Source: a virus
Virus record (IMG/VR): IMGVR_UViG_3300032053_005343
Location: 64,001 to 128,000 of that record
DNA length: 64,000 nt
Direction: 5' to 3' (one strand)
Part shown: piece after piece, positions 10,668 through 21,479 of the stretch
Numbering within the stretch: position 1 is the stretch's first letter
How the letters are laid out: each line of letters begins with the position of its first letter
Translations under genes and position numbers: made by a program
Notes under the pieces: model-generated
The model's database searches: none
What the model was told of the DNA's origin: nothing
Seen by the model: the letters and a program-made list of their open reading frames with translations, nothing else

Positions 10668-11055
10668 ATTTTATTATTTTCCTAACTTCTACTTTTCTTG
10701 TTAAATTTTGTTTTTCTTGAAAACATGAATCACAAATGCTGCCCTGAATTCTATAATCTTGCCTACTTAACATGTCCTCTAATTGATCAAATTTGCTTCC
10801 AAACCCAAAATGAATTTCGATCGTTCCACCCTCTAGGTTCGGCAATACTCCTTCTTCATCATTTCCCGCATATCCATCTGTATAAATTGGTATTTCTTTT
10901 TCACAGCAAATACAAATCCATTTCCATTTTTTATTTATTTTACAAATACATTTTTCGGGAATTTTTCGACACCCATTACACAAACCCTCTGTGCTATCTT
11001 GGTGCGGACAACAAACGTTTGATTCGCATCCACACGAATTATATTGCTTTTTCAT
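10648..11055 (-). CDS. Cys-rich hypothetical protein
   Basis: In-operon ORF with many CxxC/CC pairs. Confidence 0.55.
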   Translation of the reverse strand: MKKQYNSCGCESNVCCPHQDSTEGLCNGCRKIPEKCICKINKKWKWICICCEKEIPIYTDGYAGNDEEGVLPNLEGGTIEIHFGFGSKFDQLEDMLSRQDYRIQGSICDSCFQEKQNLTRKVEVRKIIKYVTKSK

Positions 11056-11429
11056 TATTTGTTCCTTTGTTTATCTATTTCTTTTACTATGTTTGGTAAA
11101 CTAAAATTTTCACCTTTTATTGGTTTGTTGGTTGGACCAATGGGTGAATCTTTACTCATATTAGAGCGATGTATTTCTTCGAACATGGGTTCTATGTCTA
11201 TTCCCATACAAACACACATACCAAAAGTTACATACAATAAATCGCCTATTCCATCGCATATACCAATCAAATCACTGTTTTTTGACGCACAAATAATCTC
11301 GTTTAATTCTTCTTGTAAAAAATCCAGTCTGAATTTTAATAGTTCTGGTTGTAATATAGATGGAGAATAACCAATACTATGATTATATTTTTTATGAAAA
11401 TCTTGAACCATTTGTTGCATTTTATTCAT
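11055..11429 (-). CDS. MazG-like all-alpha NTP pyrophosphohydrolase
   Basis: EELNE..DGIGDLLYV..EIHRSNMSK. Confidence 0.8.
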   Translation of the reverse strand: MNKMQQMVQDFHKKYNHSIGYSPSILQPELLKFRLDFLQEELNEIICASKNSDLIGICDGIGDLLYVTFGMCVCMGIDIEPMFEEIHRSNMSKDSPIGPTNKPIKGENFSLPNIVKEIDKQRNK

Positions 11430-11883
11430 AAATTATATCATCGAACCCTTCCGACATCTCCGGTTTTTCCATTTGCTTATAAAGATTCACAAGAATATTC
11501 TCCGGAACCTTGTTTTCTTTTCTTTGTTCATTATTTTTTAAACAAAATTCTAGAGATTTATTAAAACTAAGAGCTATAACTTTAAATCCAAGTTTTTTAC
11601 CAAAGTCAATCCAATATTCTCTACTTTTCTTATTAATGAACCATTTACTCTCGTCAATTATTATACTAAGATTTGGATTTTTAGATAGGGCAAAAATAAT
11701 ATGTCCTATAATTTGTTTTAAATACTCTTCTTTTGAGTCGTTATATTGTTCTTTATAAAACGCTAATCTAAAATCATCTACCGAAAGAACCACAATATTT
11801 TTTTCTCTTTCTGCTATTTTTCTGCATGTTGTAGTTTTCTTAGATGCAGGAGGAGCGATGGTTAAATAAAAATACCTATTCAT
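11422..11883 (-). CDS. P-loop kinase (AAA_33 / polynucleotide kinase-like)
   Basis: APPASKKTT (degenerate Walker A), SVDDFR, RKENKVPE..L...EGFD. Confidence 0.65.
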   Translation of the reverse strand: MNRYFYLTIAPPASKKTTTCRKIAEREKNIVVLSVDDFRLAFYKEQYNDSKEEYLKQIIGHIIFALSKNPNLSIIIDESKWFINKKSREYWIDFGKKLGFKVIALSFNKSLEFCLKNNEQRKENKVPENILVNLYKQMEKPEMSEGFDDIIYE

Positions 11884-11885
11884 AA

Positions 11886-12365
11886 TTAATTATCTTTCCA
11901 CGTTTTATGCAATTTAATACAAGCTTCCAATAATCTATTAATTATTCTAATTTTCCATTCGTTTAATTTTGCATTATTATTTTTTGATCCCTTTTGATTC
12001 TCTTGTAGTGGTGGTGGTTTAAATGTACCATGTTTAATTTTATCGTTTTCATTACTCTTGTGAAAATCCCACCTTAAATTTTCTATTAAATAATTTTTTG
12101 GATTACCATTATTGTGACAAGCCTCCATCCCTTTAGGTCGCTGGCCAACAAAATACTCTAAAACTAAACGGTGAATTCTTATTAGTTTATGTTTACCATT
12201 TTTATATAAATTGACAAATGGATATCTAGCTTTGATATGAATTTTTAATATTTTGTTAGAAATATTCCCATATCTATTAAATAATCTTTTTATTCTATAC
12301 AAATTAGAAAATTGATATATTCTTTCAAAGCCAATAATATCTTTCCAGACTTCAATATTATTCAT
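11886..12365 (-). mobile_element. NUMOD4-HNH homing endonuclease, C-terminal HTH truncated
   Basis: EVWKDI, IHRLVLEYF, HNNGNPKN..ENLRW. Confidence 0.8.
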
Positions 12366-14721
12366 TTATTTCGACATCTTCTTGGATTTCTATTTTACTA
12401 TCAACTTGATTAATGAGATCTTGCGCCAACCAAATCTTATCCAATGCCACAATTCCCAATAGATCGAACTTGACGCAACCCATAGCCTCCGCAGAACCCA
12501 TTTCAAGTCCGACAATTCTTGTTTTATTCTTCGGGTCGAAAACAAGAGGAACCAGTTCGCTAATTGGAATGTCTGCTATAACGAGACCTGCTGCATGTTT
12601 TGACTGACTTTTCTTCGTTTTTTCTAATCTTATCCCCTGATCAAACAATGGTTTATACCATTGATAATATTCTTTAATTTTATCTATATTATCAATACTC
12701 CAGTTTAAAATTCCGTAATCATTATTTTCTGTTTCTTCTCGCATTTTTTGTAAATCGTCTATAATAGAGGCTTCATCAGGCATCAAAGAAGTAATTTCAT
12801 TACATAAATCAAACGGAGTTATAGAAATTTCATCTGGATTTTTGCCCTCTTTTGTTGCTTTTACTTTCATTAAATGTTTTACTAAATCTGGCTGGGCACG
12901 AAACACTTCTTTAAGGGCTGCTTTTCCCTGGAGTCTACCGAAGGTCACCATTTGATTGACTCGTTCGGAACCGTACTTGTTTATTAAATATTCGACTACT
13001 TTCTCGCGGAAGACGACCGAAAGATCGAGATCAATGTCTGGAAGACTAATATGACCTGGATTTATTTTAACGGGTTCGCCTGGGTCTAATTTGCAATGCA
13101 TTCTTAATGCGTCCATAATATGTGAATTATTTGGATTTGGAAATTCTAATCCTAAAACCTGATCTTCCGAGGACGAACACATAGTTTGATTATTCTTAAA
13201 TATTTCTAATATGTATAACCACATTTTCGGATTATTTTTATCTATCCAATCAGCTTCTTCTTTAAGTAATTTTTTATTACTTATACTTCTATATTTTAAA
13301 TTATATTGAATAATCAAATTTTTAATGGTATTTCTGGCATCATCAATTTTTTCTTGAATTATAGAATCGGAATTATCTGATAACCATTGCATAAAAGTTA
13401 TTTGCCCGACATCAAAGTGTGGGGGAATATTACGCCCGCTATTATAAAATCTTTGAAAGTAGAGATCGTATTCAAGAGGATCAATTTGGGTTATGTTTAA
13501 TAGATAATTGATCAAAGACCCAGCCCCCGATCCTCTTCCCTTTCCTCTTGGTTTGTTGTTTTCGTCAACGAATTTGCAAATATCATAAACTATTAAAAAA
13601 TAATCTGCCAATTTAGCTTCTTTGATAACATCCAGTTCATATAGTAATCTTTCCCAATAAATTTTCTTTTTTTCTATTGGGAAATTTATTAATTTCTTTT
13701 TTGCTCCTTTTATACATAATTCTTTTAAATAGTCGTCGGATGAAACTTCGTTTGGGGTTTTATATTTAGGCAAACAGGGTCTTCGCCCCAATTTCGTTGG
13801 TTGGATCATGTCGGAAATTACAAGGGTTTGTTCAATTTCTTCTTTTGTGTAGTGTTCGGCCATTTCCTCTGGTGAAAAGATATAAAAAGTATCCCTAAAG
13901 AAAAAAGACATGGTATCAGAGCCTTCTGATTTCAACCTAGCCTGTTCTTCTGCTGTTGTGTGTAATTGACTATAAAGAAGTATTCTATGGTCTTCTACCT
14001 GTTCTTTTCTCGCATAATGGGCATCAAGAGTCGATACCGACCGTATATTTAAGGCTTTTGAGATCTCACGAAGACATTCTACTGCCACCTTCTGCGCAGG
14101 CATTCCCTCCTCCTGCAATTCGATAAAATAATTTTCCTTGCCAAAAATTGATATATACCTAGAAACAATTTCATCAGCTATATTTCGCCAATTGGGTTTA
14201 AGTAATTTTTTAACCTCATCTATATTTTCGGTTTGTTCACCAATTAGACATGCCTTCCCAACATCTTCAAATAACGATTTGGAAAGTTCGCCTATGATAC
14301 AGCCACTTAAACATATTAAATTTTTATTTTTTGTGAACAGTGATAAATTATCTACAGAAATTCTAGGCTTCCGGTAAAAGTTTTGAGGTAGGTTGGTATA
14401 ACTAACTAACGACATCAAATCCTTAATACCATTTTCGTTTTTTGCTAATAGTGTAAGGTGATTGTGGGATTTGTTTGTATTGTCTTTAATAGTTTGATCT
14501 AATTTACTCGTGTAAATCTCGCAGGCCACAATTTGCTTGATATCATATTTTTTACAAGCTTTTTGAAAATCTATTATATGAGACACGTTGCCGTGATCGG
14601 TTATACAACAAGCAGGACAACCAATTTCTTTTGCTCGTTTTGCTATTTGTTCCGGAGAACAAAGACCGTCTAAAATTGAATAATCCGAGTGGAGATGGAG
14701 TGGGACATATGTATTACTCAT
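12358..14721 (-). CDS. dnaE: DNA polymerase III alpha-type (family C), N-terminal part: PHP and palm domains
   Basis: LHLHSDYSILDG, TDHG, GRGSGAGSL, PDIDLD, SKHAAG, KFDLLG; ORF ends shortly after KFDLLG. Confidence 0.9.
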   Translation of the reverse strand: MSNTYVPLHLHSDYSILDGLCSPEQIAKRAKEIGCPACCITDHGNVSHIIDFQKACKKYDIKQIVACEIYTSKLDQTIKDNTNKSHNHLTLLAKNENGIKDLMSLVSYTNLPQNFYRKPRISVDNLSLFTKNKNLICLSGCIIGELSKSLFEDVGKACLIGEQTENIDEVKKLLKPNWRNIADEIVSRYISIFGKENYFIELQEEGMPAQKVAVECLREISKALNIRSVSTLDAHYARKEQVEDHRILLYSQLHTTAEEQARLKSEGSDTMSFFFRDTFYIFSPEEMAEHYTKEEIEQTLVISDMIQPTKLGRRPCLPKYKTPNEVSSDDYLKELCIKGAKKKLINFPIEKKKIYWERLLYELDVIKEAKLADYFLIVYDICKFVDENNKPRGKGRGSGAGSLINYLLNITQIDPLEYDLYFQRFYNSGRNIPPHFDVGQITFMQWLSDNSDSIIQEKIDDARNTIKNLIIQYNLKYRSISNKKLLKEEADWIDKNNPKMWLYILEIFKNNQTMCSSSEDQVLGLEFPNPNNSHIMDALRMHCKLDPGEPVKINPGHISLPDIDLDLSVVFREKVVEYLINKYGSERVNQMVTFGRLQGKAALKEVFRAQPDLVKHLMKVKATKEGKNPDEISITPFDLCNEITSLMPDEASIIDDLQKMREETENNDYGILNWSIDNIDKIKEYYQWYKPLFDQGIRLEKTKKSQSKHAAGLVIADIPISELVPLVFDPKNKTRIVGLEMGSAEAMGCVKFDLLGIVALDKIWLAQDLINQVDSKIEIQEDVEINE

Positions 14722-15372
14722 TTATATTGTACCATAAATTTTAATAGGAGTTGTTAGTGATTTTTCTATTGACCAATTTAAAGTATGTATTCTAGTATAT
14801 AATGTTCCATAATTAATTTTATATTCTATTGACCAAGCCTTTAAGCATTGAGTTTTACCTTTAAAAGTATAATTGGTATTTGACCGAGTATTCCTTGCTT
14901 GAACTTGATTTGTCGTAAATCTACAGTTTTCTTTATAATACCCCTTATTGTTGTCTATTCTATCTAAAGAAAGACCCGGTGGACATTCGCCCATGTCTTC
15001 TAAGAAATTTTCAAAAGACCCTCCTTTTTTGGGATTCCATCTGTCGCAAACTGTAATTCCTCTTCCATAATAATTCTCATCATTTTTATTTTTGCATCTT
15101 CTTATCATATGATACCATATGCTGTGTGTTCTTGATTCTTTGCCATTTCTAGCATGACCATGTTTCAAATTACAATCTTTTTTCAAACATCCGCAACTTT
15201 GGGTAGGCTTAGATTTATTTGTCAAATGAAATCCAGCAATAATTTTTTCATTACCACAGTCGCATTTACACAACCACCTTGAATTTCTAAATTTGCCATT
15301 GTCTTTTCTTTCTTTAACGACTAATTTCCCAAATCTTCGTCCAATTAAATCAATAAAGTTATGTGACATCAT
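14722..15372 (-). mobile_element. Free-standing HNH homing endonuclease (DLTG family)
   Basis: DLIGRRFGKL, CKCDCG, GRGITVCDRW, LDRIDNN. Confidence 0.85.
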
Positions 15373-16256
15373 TTTATATCATCCAAATTTAATTTATAAT
15401 ATTTATTCGTTACATATTCTTGCCCAAGTGTATTTAAATCGTACCAAATTTTCGTACACAGGTCGTTCTTTTCATAAGGGCACAGCCGACACTTCCAACT
15501 ACGGCTTCTTCTTATTAGGCTATCACCCTTTATCCTAACGAATATACAATGAAGTTGATTTAAAATTTCGGGTATCTCTTCATCCGATAATCCTATACTT
15601 GTCGGCCCCAAATCTTGAGTATAATAAAAAGTGACAACGCAATTCTTGTATTGTGGAAACAAAATTTTAGCTGCCATAAAATAAATCTTTGCCTGTAATT
15701 TTTTAGTTAAATTGTAAAAATCCATAGTGTTTTTATCAAACGGACTATTTCTCGAACCCGTCTTATAATCAACAATCTCAATCGTATCTTTATCTAGTTC
15801 GTGAATCAAATCTATGTAGCCTCGCACACATAATTGCTTCGTCTCGCCATCTTTTTTAACTTCCCATTCTTGTCCCGGCAATCCTATTTCAAACCATTTC
15901 TCCGCATCTACAACGGTAAGATTATATGGATTATAAAATTCATCCTCAACAACTTTAAAGAATGAAGCCTTGGCTTTTTTATAATCTGCTGATAATCCTT
16001 TGCTTGTGAATTTTCTTAAATCTGGATGGGGATTTTCGTCCCATGATCGTTCGAACAACCATTCCGGGCTTACGCTTGTCTTTCCCCTCTTTTTTAATAG
16101 AGCGGCCCATTCAAGAGCCCGATGAACTATTGTCCCAATGGTTGCTGCTTTACCAGAACCAGATGATTCTAATTCTAGCACATAGGTTAGCCAATATTTG
16201 AATGCGCAGAATTTATAGGTTTCCGCTAAACTCGAACTAAATTTATTTATTAACAT
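15369..16256 (-). CDS. PD-(D/E)xK RecB/Cas4-like exonuclease
   Basis: GTIVH, RGYID, VDYKTG, Q..IY; N-terminal Cys plus C-terminal CxxC...C. Confidence 0.8.
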   Translation of the reverse strand: MLINKFSSSLAETYKFCAFKYWLTYVLELESSGSGKAATIGTIVHRALEWAALLKKRGKTSVSPEWLFERSWDENPHPDLRKFTSKGLSADYKKAKASFFKVVEDEFYNPYNLTVVDAEKWFEIGLPGQEWEVKKDGETKQLCVRGYIDLIHELDKDTIEIVDYKTGSRNSPFDKNTMDFYNLTKKLQAKIYFMAAKILFPQYKNCVVTFYYTQDLGPTSIGLSDEEIPEILNQLHCIFVRIKGDSLIRRSRSWKCRLCPYEKNDLCTKIWYDLNTLGQEYVTNKYYKLNLDDIK

Positions 16257-17002
16257 TATTTATTATAAAGTTTATTTAACCATAAAGTGGCGTGAGGTTT
16301 CAAAAACTCACATTGTTCGTCCACGCTCATATTCGTGTTATCAACCACTAATGAAAATTTATTTTTATCATAATTATCAAGAACAGTTTCAGAAGAATGT
16401 TCGTCGTTTCCCGCCACGTTTCTCAATAATCTCACGGTGATTCCACCAATCTCATTAATAGCATTTATTTCGTTGGGGAAACGACCGTCTGTAATTAGTG
16501 CCAGTTTAACATTATCATTCTTGATTTTATTAATGGTTGCATTAACCCACGCATTATCGCACATTTTTCTTACTATATCTGTTCCAAAATATTGAAGAAC
16601 TTCTCTTCCGGTCATTATTGGATCAAAATCGGCAACACAAGTTCCATCATCTTTATACGTTGGCATTTTGCTCCAATGTAAATTGGTTCGGCTATTTTTT
16701 TCATCTTCTGTACCATAACATTGTTCATATGTTAAGCCAAGAACATTAATACAAAATTCTTTTAAACAATCTGCAAAACTATATAATCTAACTTCTGCTC
16801 CATTAAATATTTTGTTAAATTCGCCTTCTTCTACTGTAAACCAATGATCATTTTTTCTGGCTTCAAGCAACCCTAATTTATTTATTTTAAAATCTTTTAT
16901 ACTGGCATTTCTTTTTAAGAAAGAAGCTGCTATGTGATTTACACAAGTATTTTTACCGCTTCGTTTTTTACCAGATACGCATACTATAAGTTGATTGGAC
17001 AT
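16256..17002 (-). CDS. Deoxynucleoside monophosphate kinase
   Basis: GKKRSGKNT, SFAD.LK, REVLQYFGT, DGRFPNE, HSSE. Confidence 0.85.
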   Translation of the reverse strand: MSNQLIVCVSGKKRSGKNTCVNHIAASFLKRNASIKDFKINKLGLLEARKNDHWFTVEEGEFNKIFNGAEVRLYSFADCLKEFCINVLGLTYEQCYGTEDEKNSRTNLHWSKMPTYKDDGTCVADFDPIMTGREVLQYFGTDIVRKMCDNAWVNATINKIKNDNVKLALITDGRFPNEINAINEIGGITVRLLRNVAGNDEHSSETVLDNYDKNKFSLVVDNTNMSVDEQCEFLKPHATLWLNKLYNK

Positions 17003-17169
17003 TCGAATCTCTCCACCGTTCTTTTACAATCAAAACATTGTTTATATGTTATACTCATTCGCCCCCAAAAAGTCCATAACCAGTCTGATACCGCAAGTCG
17101 TAGTGGTTGCATTATATTTACAATAATTCCATTGCATTCTTCGCATCTTTCCATATCGTTCCCTTTCAA
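16984..17169 (-). CDS. Small zinc-ribbon protein
   Basis: CEEC...CFDC; overlaps neighbours. Confidence 0.45.
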   Translation of the reverse strand: MKGNDMERCEECNGIIVNIMQPLRLAVSDWLWTFWGRMSITYKQCFDCKRTVERFECPINL

Positions 17170-17330
17170 TAATCATAGTGACTATTAATACGATCTCTAC
17201 AATTTTCACACAAAATAATTCTTGGTTCTTTTTTGTGTCCGGGGATATCTAATCCCACATCTTCTATGGTTCGTCCACCTTTTCTCTTGGCGTCTTGTTT
17301 ACAGATAGAACACAATAATTTAATTTTCAT
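17166..17330 (-). CDS. Small zinc-finger protein (54 aa, not in ORF track)
   Basis: Manual translation MKIKLLCSICK...ILCENCRDRINSHYDY; fills the gap after the primase gene. Confidence 0.6.
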   Translation of the reverse strand: MKIKLLCSICKQDAKRKGGRTIEDVGLDIPGHKKEPRIILCENCRDRINSHYDY

Positions 17331-18479
17331 TTAATTATCCTTTAATAAAAACTCTTTATTATTATTGTTTAATATTTTACCTATTTTTTCTAATATATCA
17401 TCCTTGCTCATTTCTGCGACATCTTTTGAATTTCCAAGATCTACGGGCACAATCCTAAAATAATAATTAAGTTCTTCTGATAATTTTTGGGTAGCCTCTT
17501 TGCCAGTTTGATCGTTGTCCATTGCTAAAATTAATGTAAGAGCACCAGCTTTTTGAAGCAATAGCCTCTGGTGTTTAGACATAGAACACCCCATTAAAGA
17601 TACTCCATTTTTAATTCCATTTTCTTCAAGTTTCCAAATGTTCCCAGGTGATTCTACTACGGTTGCTGTTCCAGTTTTTGAGATATTATATTTGGCAAAA
17701 TTATAATTATACAGGTGTAACTCTTTTTTCAGACCCTTAGAATGTAACCATTTGCTGTAGAATAAAGACTTCTCTTTCGGCGGGCATTCCATTGTTGAAT
17801 TATGGTATAATCTGCATAGTTTACATTTGTCCCAAACACTTCTTCCAGAGAATCCAACAACGTATTTTCCAGAATCATCTAAAATTGGAAAGAACGCCCT
17901 CTCAAAGAATAATTTTCCTTTTTTATTACATGATGAAATATAATATTTATCTATGATATTTTGAGATATTCCGCGAGATGGATAGTATTTGGTATCTTTT
18001 CTCAACAGGGGAAGAACTTCTGATAATAGAGGAAATCCATTCTTTTCTATTTTTTTCTTTTTTTTGTATTGTTTAATGATCTTAAAAATTTCAATGTTTT
18101 CTTCGGTTTCTGCGTCTAGTTTAAGATTAGATAAATTTAAAACGGTTGCCGCAAAAGCTACCGATTCTACGAATGAAAATGGACGATTTAATTTATTGGT
18201 CATTGTACCGCGAATAAGTCCGAATACACTATTGGAATTTCCTGAAATTGAATTTCTGTGGCACTGTTTTGTGCTACATTCCCAATGACTGGTGCGAGTG
18301 GCCCACCAAAATGATCTAGGATTATCTCCGCTATGTGCAGGACAAGACCCTTGGAAATAGTCGGATCTTTCCGTATACTCAATTCCAAGAGCGTCCAATA
18401 TTTCTGTTATTCGTTCGCAGGCCCGATCCTGTATGTAGTTAATTTCTGATTGATTAAATTTCTTCATTTTAAAAACCAC
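17331..18479 (-). CDS. dnaG: DNA primase (Zn-binding domain plus TOPRIM)
   Basis: CPAH...C, VGFSGR, VVESPGN, MDNDQTG, KDVAEM. Confidence 0.85.
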   Translation of the reverse strand: MVFKMKKFNQSEINYIQDRACERITEILDALGIEYTERSDYFQGSCPAHSGDNPRSFWWATRTSHWECSTKQCHRNSISGNSNSVFGLIRGTMTNKLNRPFSFVESVAFAATVLNLSNLKLDAETEENIEIFKIIKQYKKKKKIEKNGFPLLSEVLPLLRKDTKYYPSRGISQNIIDKYYISSCNKKGKLFFERAFFPILDDSGKYVVGFSGRSVWDKCKLCRLYHNSTMECPPKEKSLFYSKWLHSKGLKKELHLYNYNFAKYNISKTGTATVVESPGNIWKLEENGIKNGVSLMGCSMSKHQRLLLQKAGALTLILAMDNDQTGKEATQKLSEELNYYFRIVPVDLGNSKDVAEMSKDDILEKIGKILNNNNKEFLLKDN

Positions 18480-18482
18480 CTT

Positions 18483-19556
18483 TTAGACAACCAATTCTAT
18501 TGGTTTGGCTCTTTTAATGTATCTATTGCATCTATAACAAAGAAGTGATAAATTATCTAAATTGAAAAGTTTCAATAATTCTTCTTTTGTTTTTGCTGTT
18601 GAGGTTGGAATTATGTGATCTACATCATATTTGATTTTATTATAGGATTTATTGCACATTGGACAACAATTATTTTGTGATATTCTTATGCTCTCTAAGT
18701 GGTCTTGTAATTGTTTGGAATTATAGGGTAAATATTTTGAAAAACCTATTTTATTCTTGTCTTTTGATATCATTTCACTTAAAGAATCTATTAGTTTACG
18801 CCCATATTGGCGGATAAGCAATGATTTTTTATCAAGATTGCTTCTTCTATTATTCGCTTGTTGCTTGGGCGTAGCCCACCTACAATTGTTAGGAGAATAG
18901 CCATCTATTAATTTATTATTATCTTTTCTATCCAAAGACAACCCAGGAGGACATTCGCCCATGTCTTCTAGAAAATTTTGAAATCCATTATCTTTATCTA
19001 ACCATCGTTCACATATTGTTATTCCTCGTCCTCCATAATCTTTATAGTTTGACATATTTGGATTAGCACATCTTTGTTTCATGCTATCCCAAGCCTTATA
19101 GGTTTTTGATCTTTTCCCAGGCTTATTATGTCCGTGCTTGAAACTTCTTTTAGCTGTTAATTCCTTACTCAAGCATCTACAACTTCTTATAGTTCCGCTT
19201 TTAAGATGGTAGTCTTTGACAATTGTTGTTTCACCACAATCACATAAGCATTCCCACAGAGAATTACCAAGCTTATATCTATTGACACATTTTGTAACGG
19301 TCAATCTGTCAAATTTTTGTCCCGTTAAATCAATAAATCTATTTTTATTTCTTTCTATAGTTTTCACTATAGCAAAACAACCACAACTATTAGTTTTACC
19401 TTCTCTTAAGTTTCCACCGAGAACTATTTTTTCGTTTCCACAATCACATTTACACAACCACATATGTTTACTATTTTTATTTTTGCCCATATATTTTATA
19501 GGGGTCAATCTCCCGAATTTTTTTCCTATCAAATCAATTAATTTTCGTCCTCTCAT
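18483..19556 (-). mobile_element. HNH homing endonuclease with duplicated N-terminal module and a second C-terminal HNH domain
   Basis: Two DL(I/T)GxKF..CxCDCG repeats; LDRKDNN; then CPMC..DVDHIIP..NLSLLCYRCN. Confidence 0.8.
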
Positions 19557-20977
19557 ATTTTCTCGTTTAAGAATGAGTGCTGTTGCTCAGAAAGCATTTT
19601 TCCTTCTGTCATTTTAGATCGAGACAAATCGGTCAAAATATTTACATAGTCCCCCTTGTCCATTCCGGGACCGTATCGCGTGTCACATATTACCAATTTT
19701 TTGACGCCATTCTGCGGGGGATCCTCTATCAACTCCTCTTGTGATTTATTCTTTAATATGCCAAAAGATGAACACAGCCATAATATTCTATCAGACGCAG
19801 AAATAAATTCCGAGCCTTCACGAGACACCCCCTCTCTATTTAATTGCACTGTAGCAAATATAGGGATATTAAACTTTAATGCAAAATTATGTAAAGAAGT
19901 CATCATAAATCCCAAAAGTTGAGTTTCCATCATGTTTGATTTCATATCGGAGGTATCCATTAATTTAATATAATCATAAATAATTAGGCATTCTTTTGTC
20001 AGTCCACTATCTAAAAATCCAACTTCTTTGATAATCCATCTTCTACATAAAGACAATATAGACTCGGTAGATAAACTAGCTATTGAACAGTGTGTAATTG
20101 GTAAATTTTTTATAATTTCTTTGCACGACCACACGGCTTCCTTTTCTTCTTTATTTGTGGAAAATTTTCCAGTCTCTATTTTTAAACATTCAACACCAGA
20201 AATTAATGAAATAAACCTATTCATTTGAATTTGTTGAGATAATTCCGTGTCAAGATACAACACAGGAATACCTAATTCGGCTAAATTTTTAGCAATATTG
20301 AGACATAGAAATGATTTTCCGCCTTTGCTTCTTGAACCCACTACATTAACAGTACTCCTTCGCAAGCCCCCTCCGATAGCCGAATCATAACGAGCCATTC
20401 CGGTGGGAAGCCCGACGATATCCTTCGGCTTTTCAGATAATGCGTTTAATGTTTGTTCAAAATTATCACAAATATGAACCATATTTTTATTATCTTTATT
20501 TAACTTAGAAGTAAATTCGAAAATAGGTTCTTCGATCTTTGAAATTATGTCATCAATTTTTTCACTACCATTTATATTTTTTAAATCTTCTACAATATTG
20601 TTGACACACTCAATACTTTGTCTTGCTAAAGACAATTTATATACTTGTACTGCTATAGATTTGGCATTGTTGTATGTTGGAGTATTTGCAAATAATGCTT
20701 CCAGATATTCTGATTCTTTTGAATTTCCATCAAATTTATCATAATTAAATATTTTTGCATTAGCGACTATTGTTGGTCCATCAAATTTATCTAAACTCTT
20801 TTCGTGAACAAGATGTTTAATAATAGAAAATATTGTTCTATTAATCGACCAATAAAAATCTTTTGTATCTAAAATTTCTTCAATATCTATAAGGAGATCT
20901 GACCCATGATTTAGGATAGCAGATAAAACAGATCGTTCACATCCCGAATCATTCAAAATATTTGTTTGTTTATCCAT
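19553..20977 (-). CDS. dnaB: Replicative DNA helicase
   Basis: ERSVLSAIL, GSRSKGGKS, YLDTEL, IYDYIKL, VQLNR. Confidence 0.9.
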   Translation of the reverse strand: MDKQTNILNDSGCERSVLSAILNHGSDLLIDIEEILDTKDFYWSINRTIFSIIKHLVHEKSLDKFDGPTIVANAKIFNYDKFDGNSKESEYLEALFANTPTYNNAKSIAVQVYKLSLARQSIECVNNIVEDLKNINGSEKIDDIISKIEEPIFEFTSKLNKDNKNMVHICDNFEQTLNALSEKPKDIVGLPTGMARYDSAIGGGLRRSTVNVVGSRSKGGKSFLCLNIAKNLAELGIPVLYLDTELSQQIQMNRFISLISGVECLKIETGKFSTNKEEKEAVWSCKEIIKNLPITHCSIASLSTESILSLCRRWIIKEVGFLDSGLTKECLIIYDYIKLMDTSDMKSNMMETQLLGFMMTSLHNFALKFNIPIFATVQLNREGVSREGSEFISASDRILWLCSSFGILKNKSQEELIEDPPQNGVKKLVICDTRYGPGMDKGDYVNILTDLSRSKMTEGKMLSEQQHSFLNEKI

Positions 20978-21465
20978 TGGATACCCGTATCACTTTCTTT
21001 TTGTTCTAATTTTCTATGACAATTTGAACATAAGACAATACATTTCTCGACCTCTTTCATTGTTTGTAATAAATCCCGTCCTTTAGAATTGCCTATAGTA
21101 AATTTCTTTGTTTTATAATCTTTGTGATGAAAATCTAAACATCTTGGATCATTTTCACAGCACACCATACATCCACTATCTTTTTTAATATTAGCAAGTA
21201 ACTCTTTTCTTTTTAATCTTCGTAATCGGCTATATTCTGGATGTTTTGCATATAAACTTCTCATATAGGTGTTATAAAGATCCCTGTTTTCGGCTCGATA
21301 TTTTCTCATATAAAGTTTATGTCTTTCGTTGCGCCTATCCTTATTTTTAAAATGATATTCTTTCATATAGAGTCTATATTTTTCTTTATCTCTATCTTTA
21401 TTCTTCAATCTATATCTTTTGTTATATTCTTTCATGTAAAGTTTACGTTTTTCTTTATTTAACAT
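20953..21465 (-). mobile_element. HNH endonuclease with basic Tyr/Arg repeat N-terminus
   Basis: CMVC...LDFHH...KCIVLCSNCHR. Confidence 0.75.
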
Positions 21466-21479
21466 ATTATATCTTATAA

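Noticed and set aside
11886-12365. Group I intron carrying this endonuclease and splitting dnaE
   Set aside because: No dnaE continuation follows, and there is no flanking non-coding sequence for a ribozyme core.
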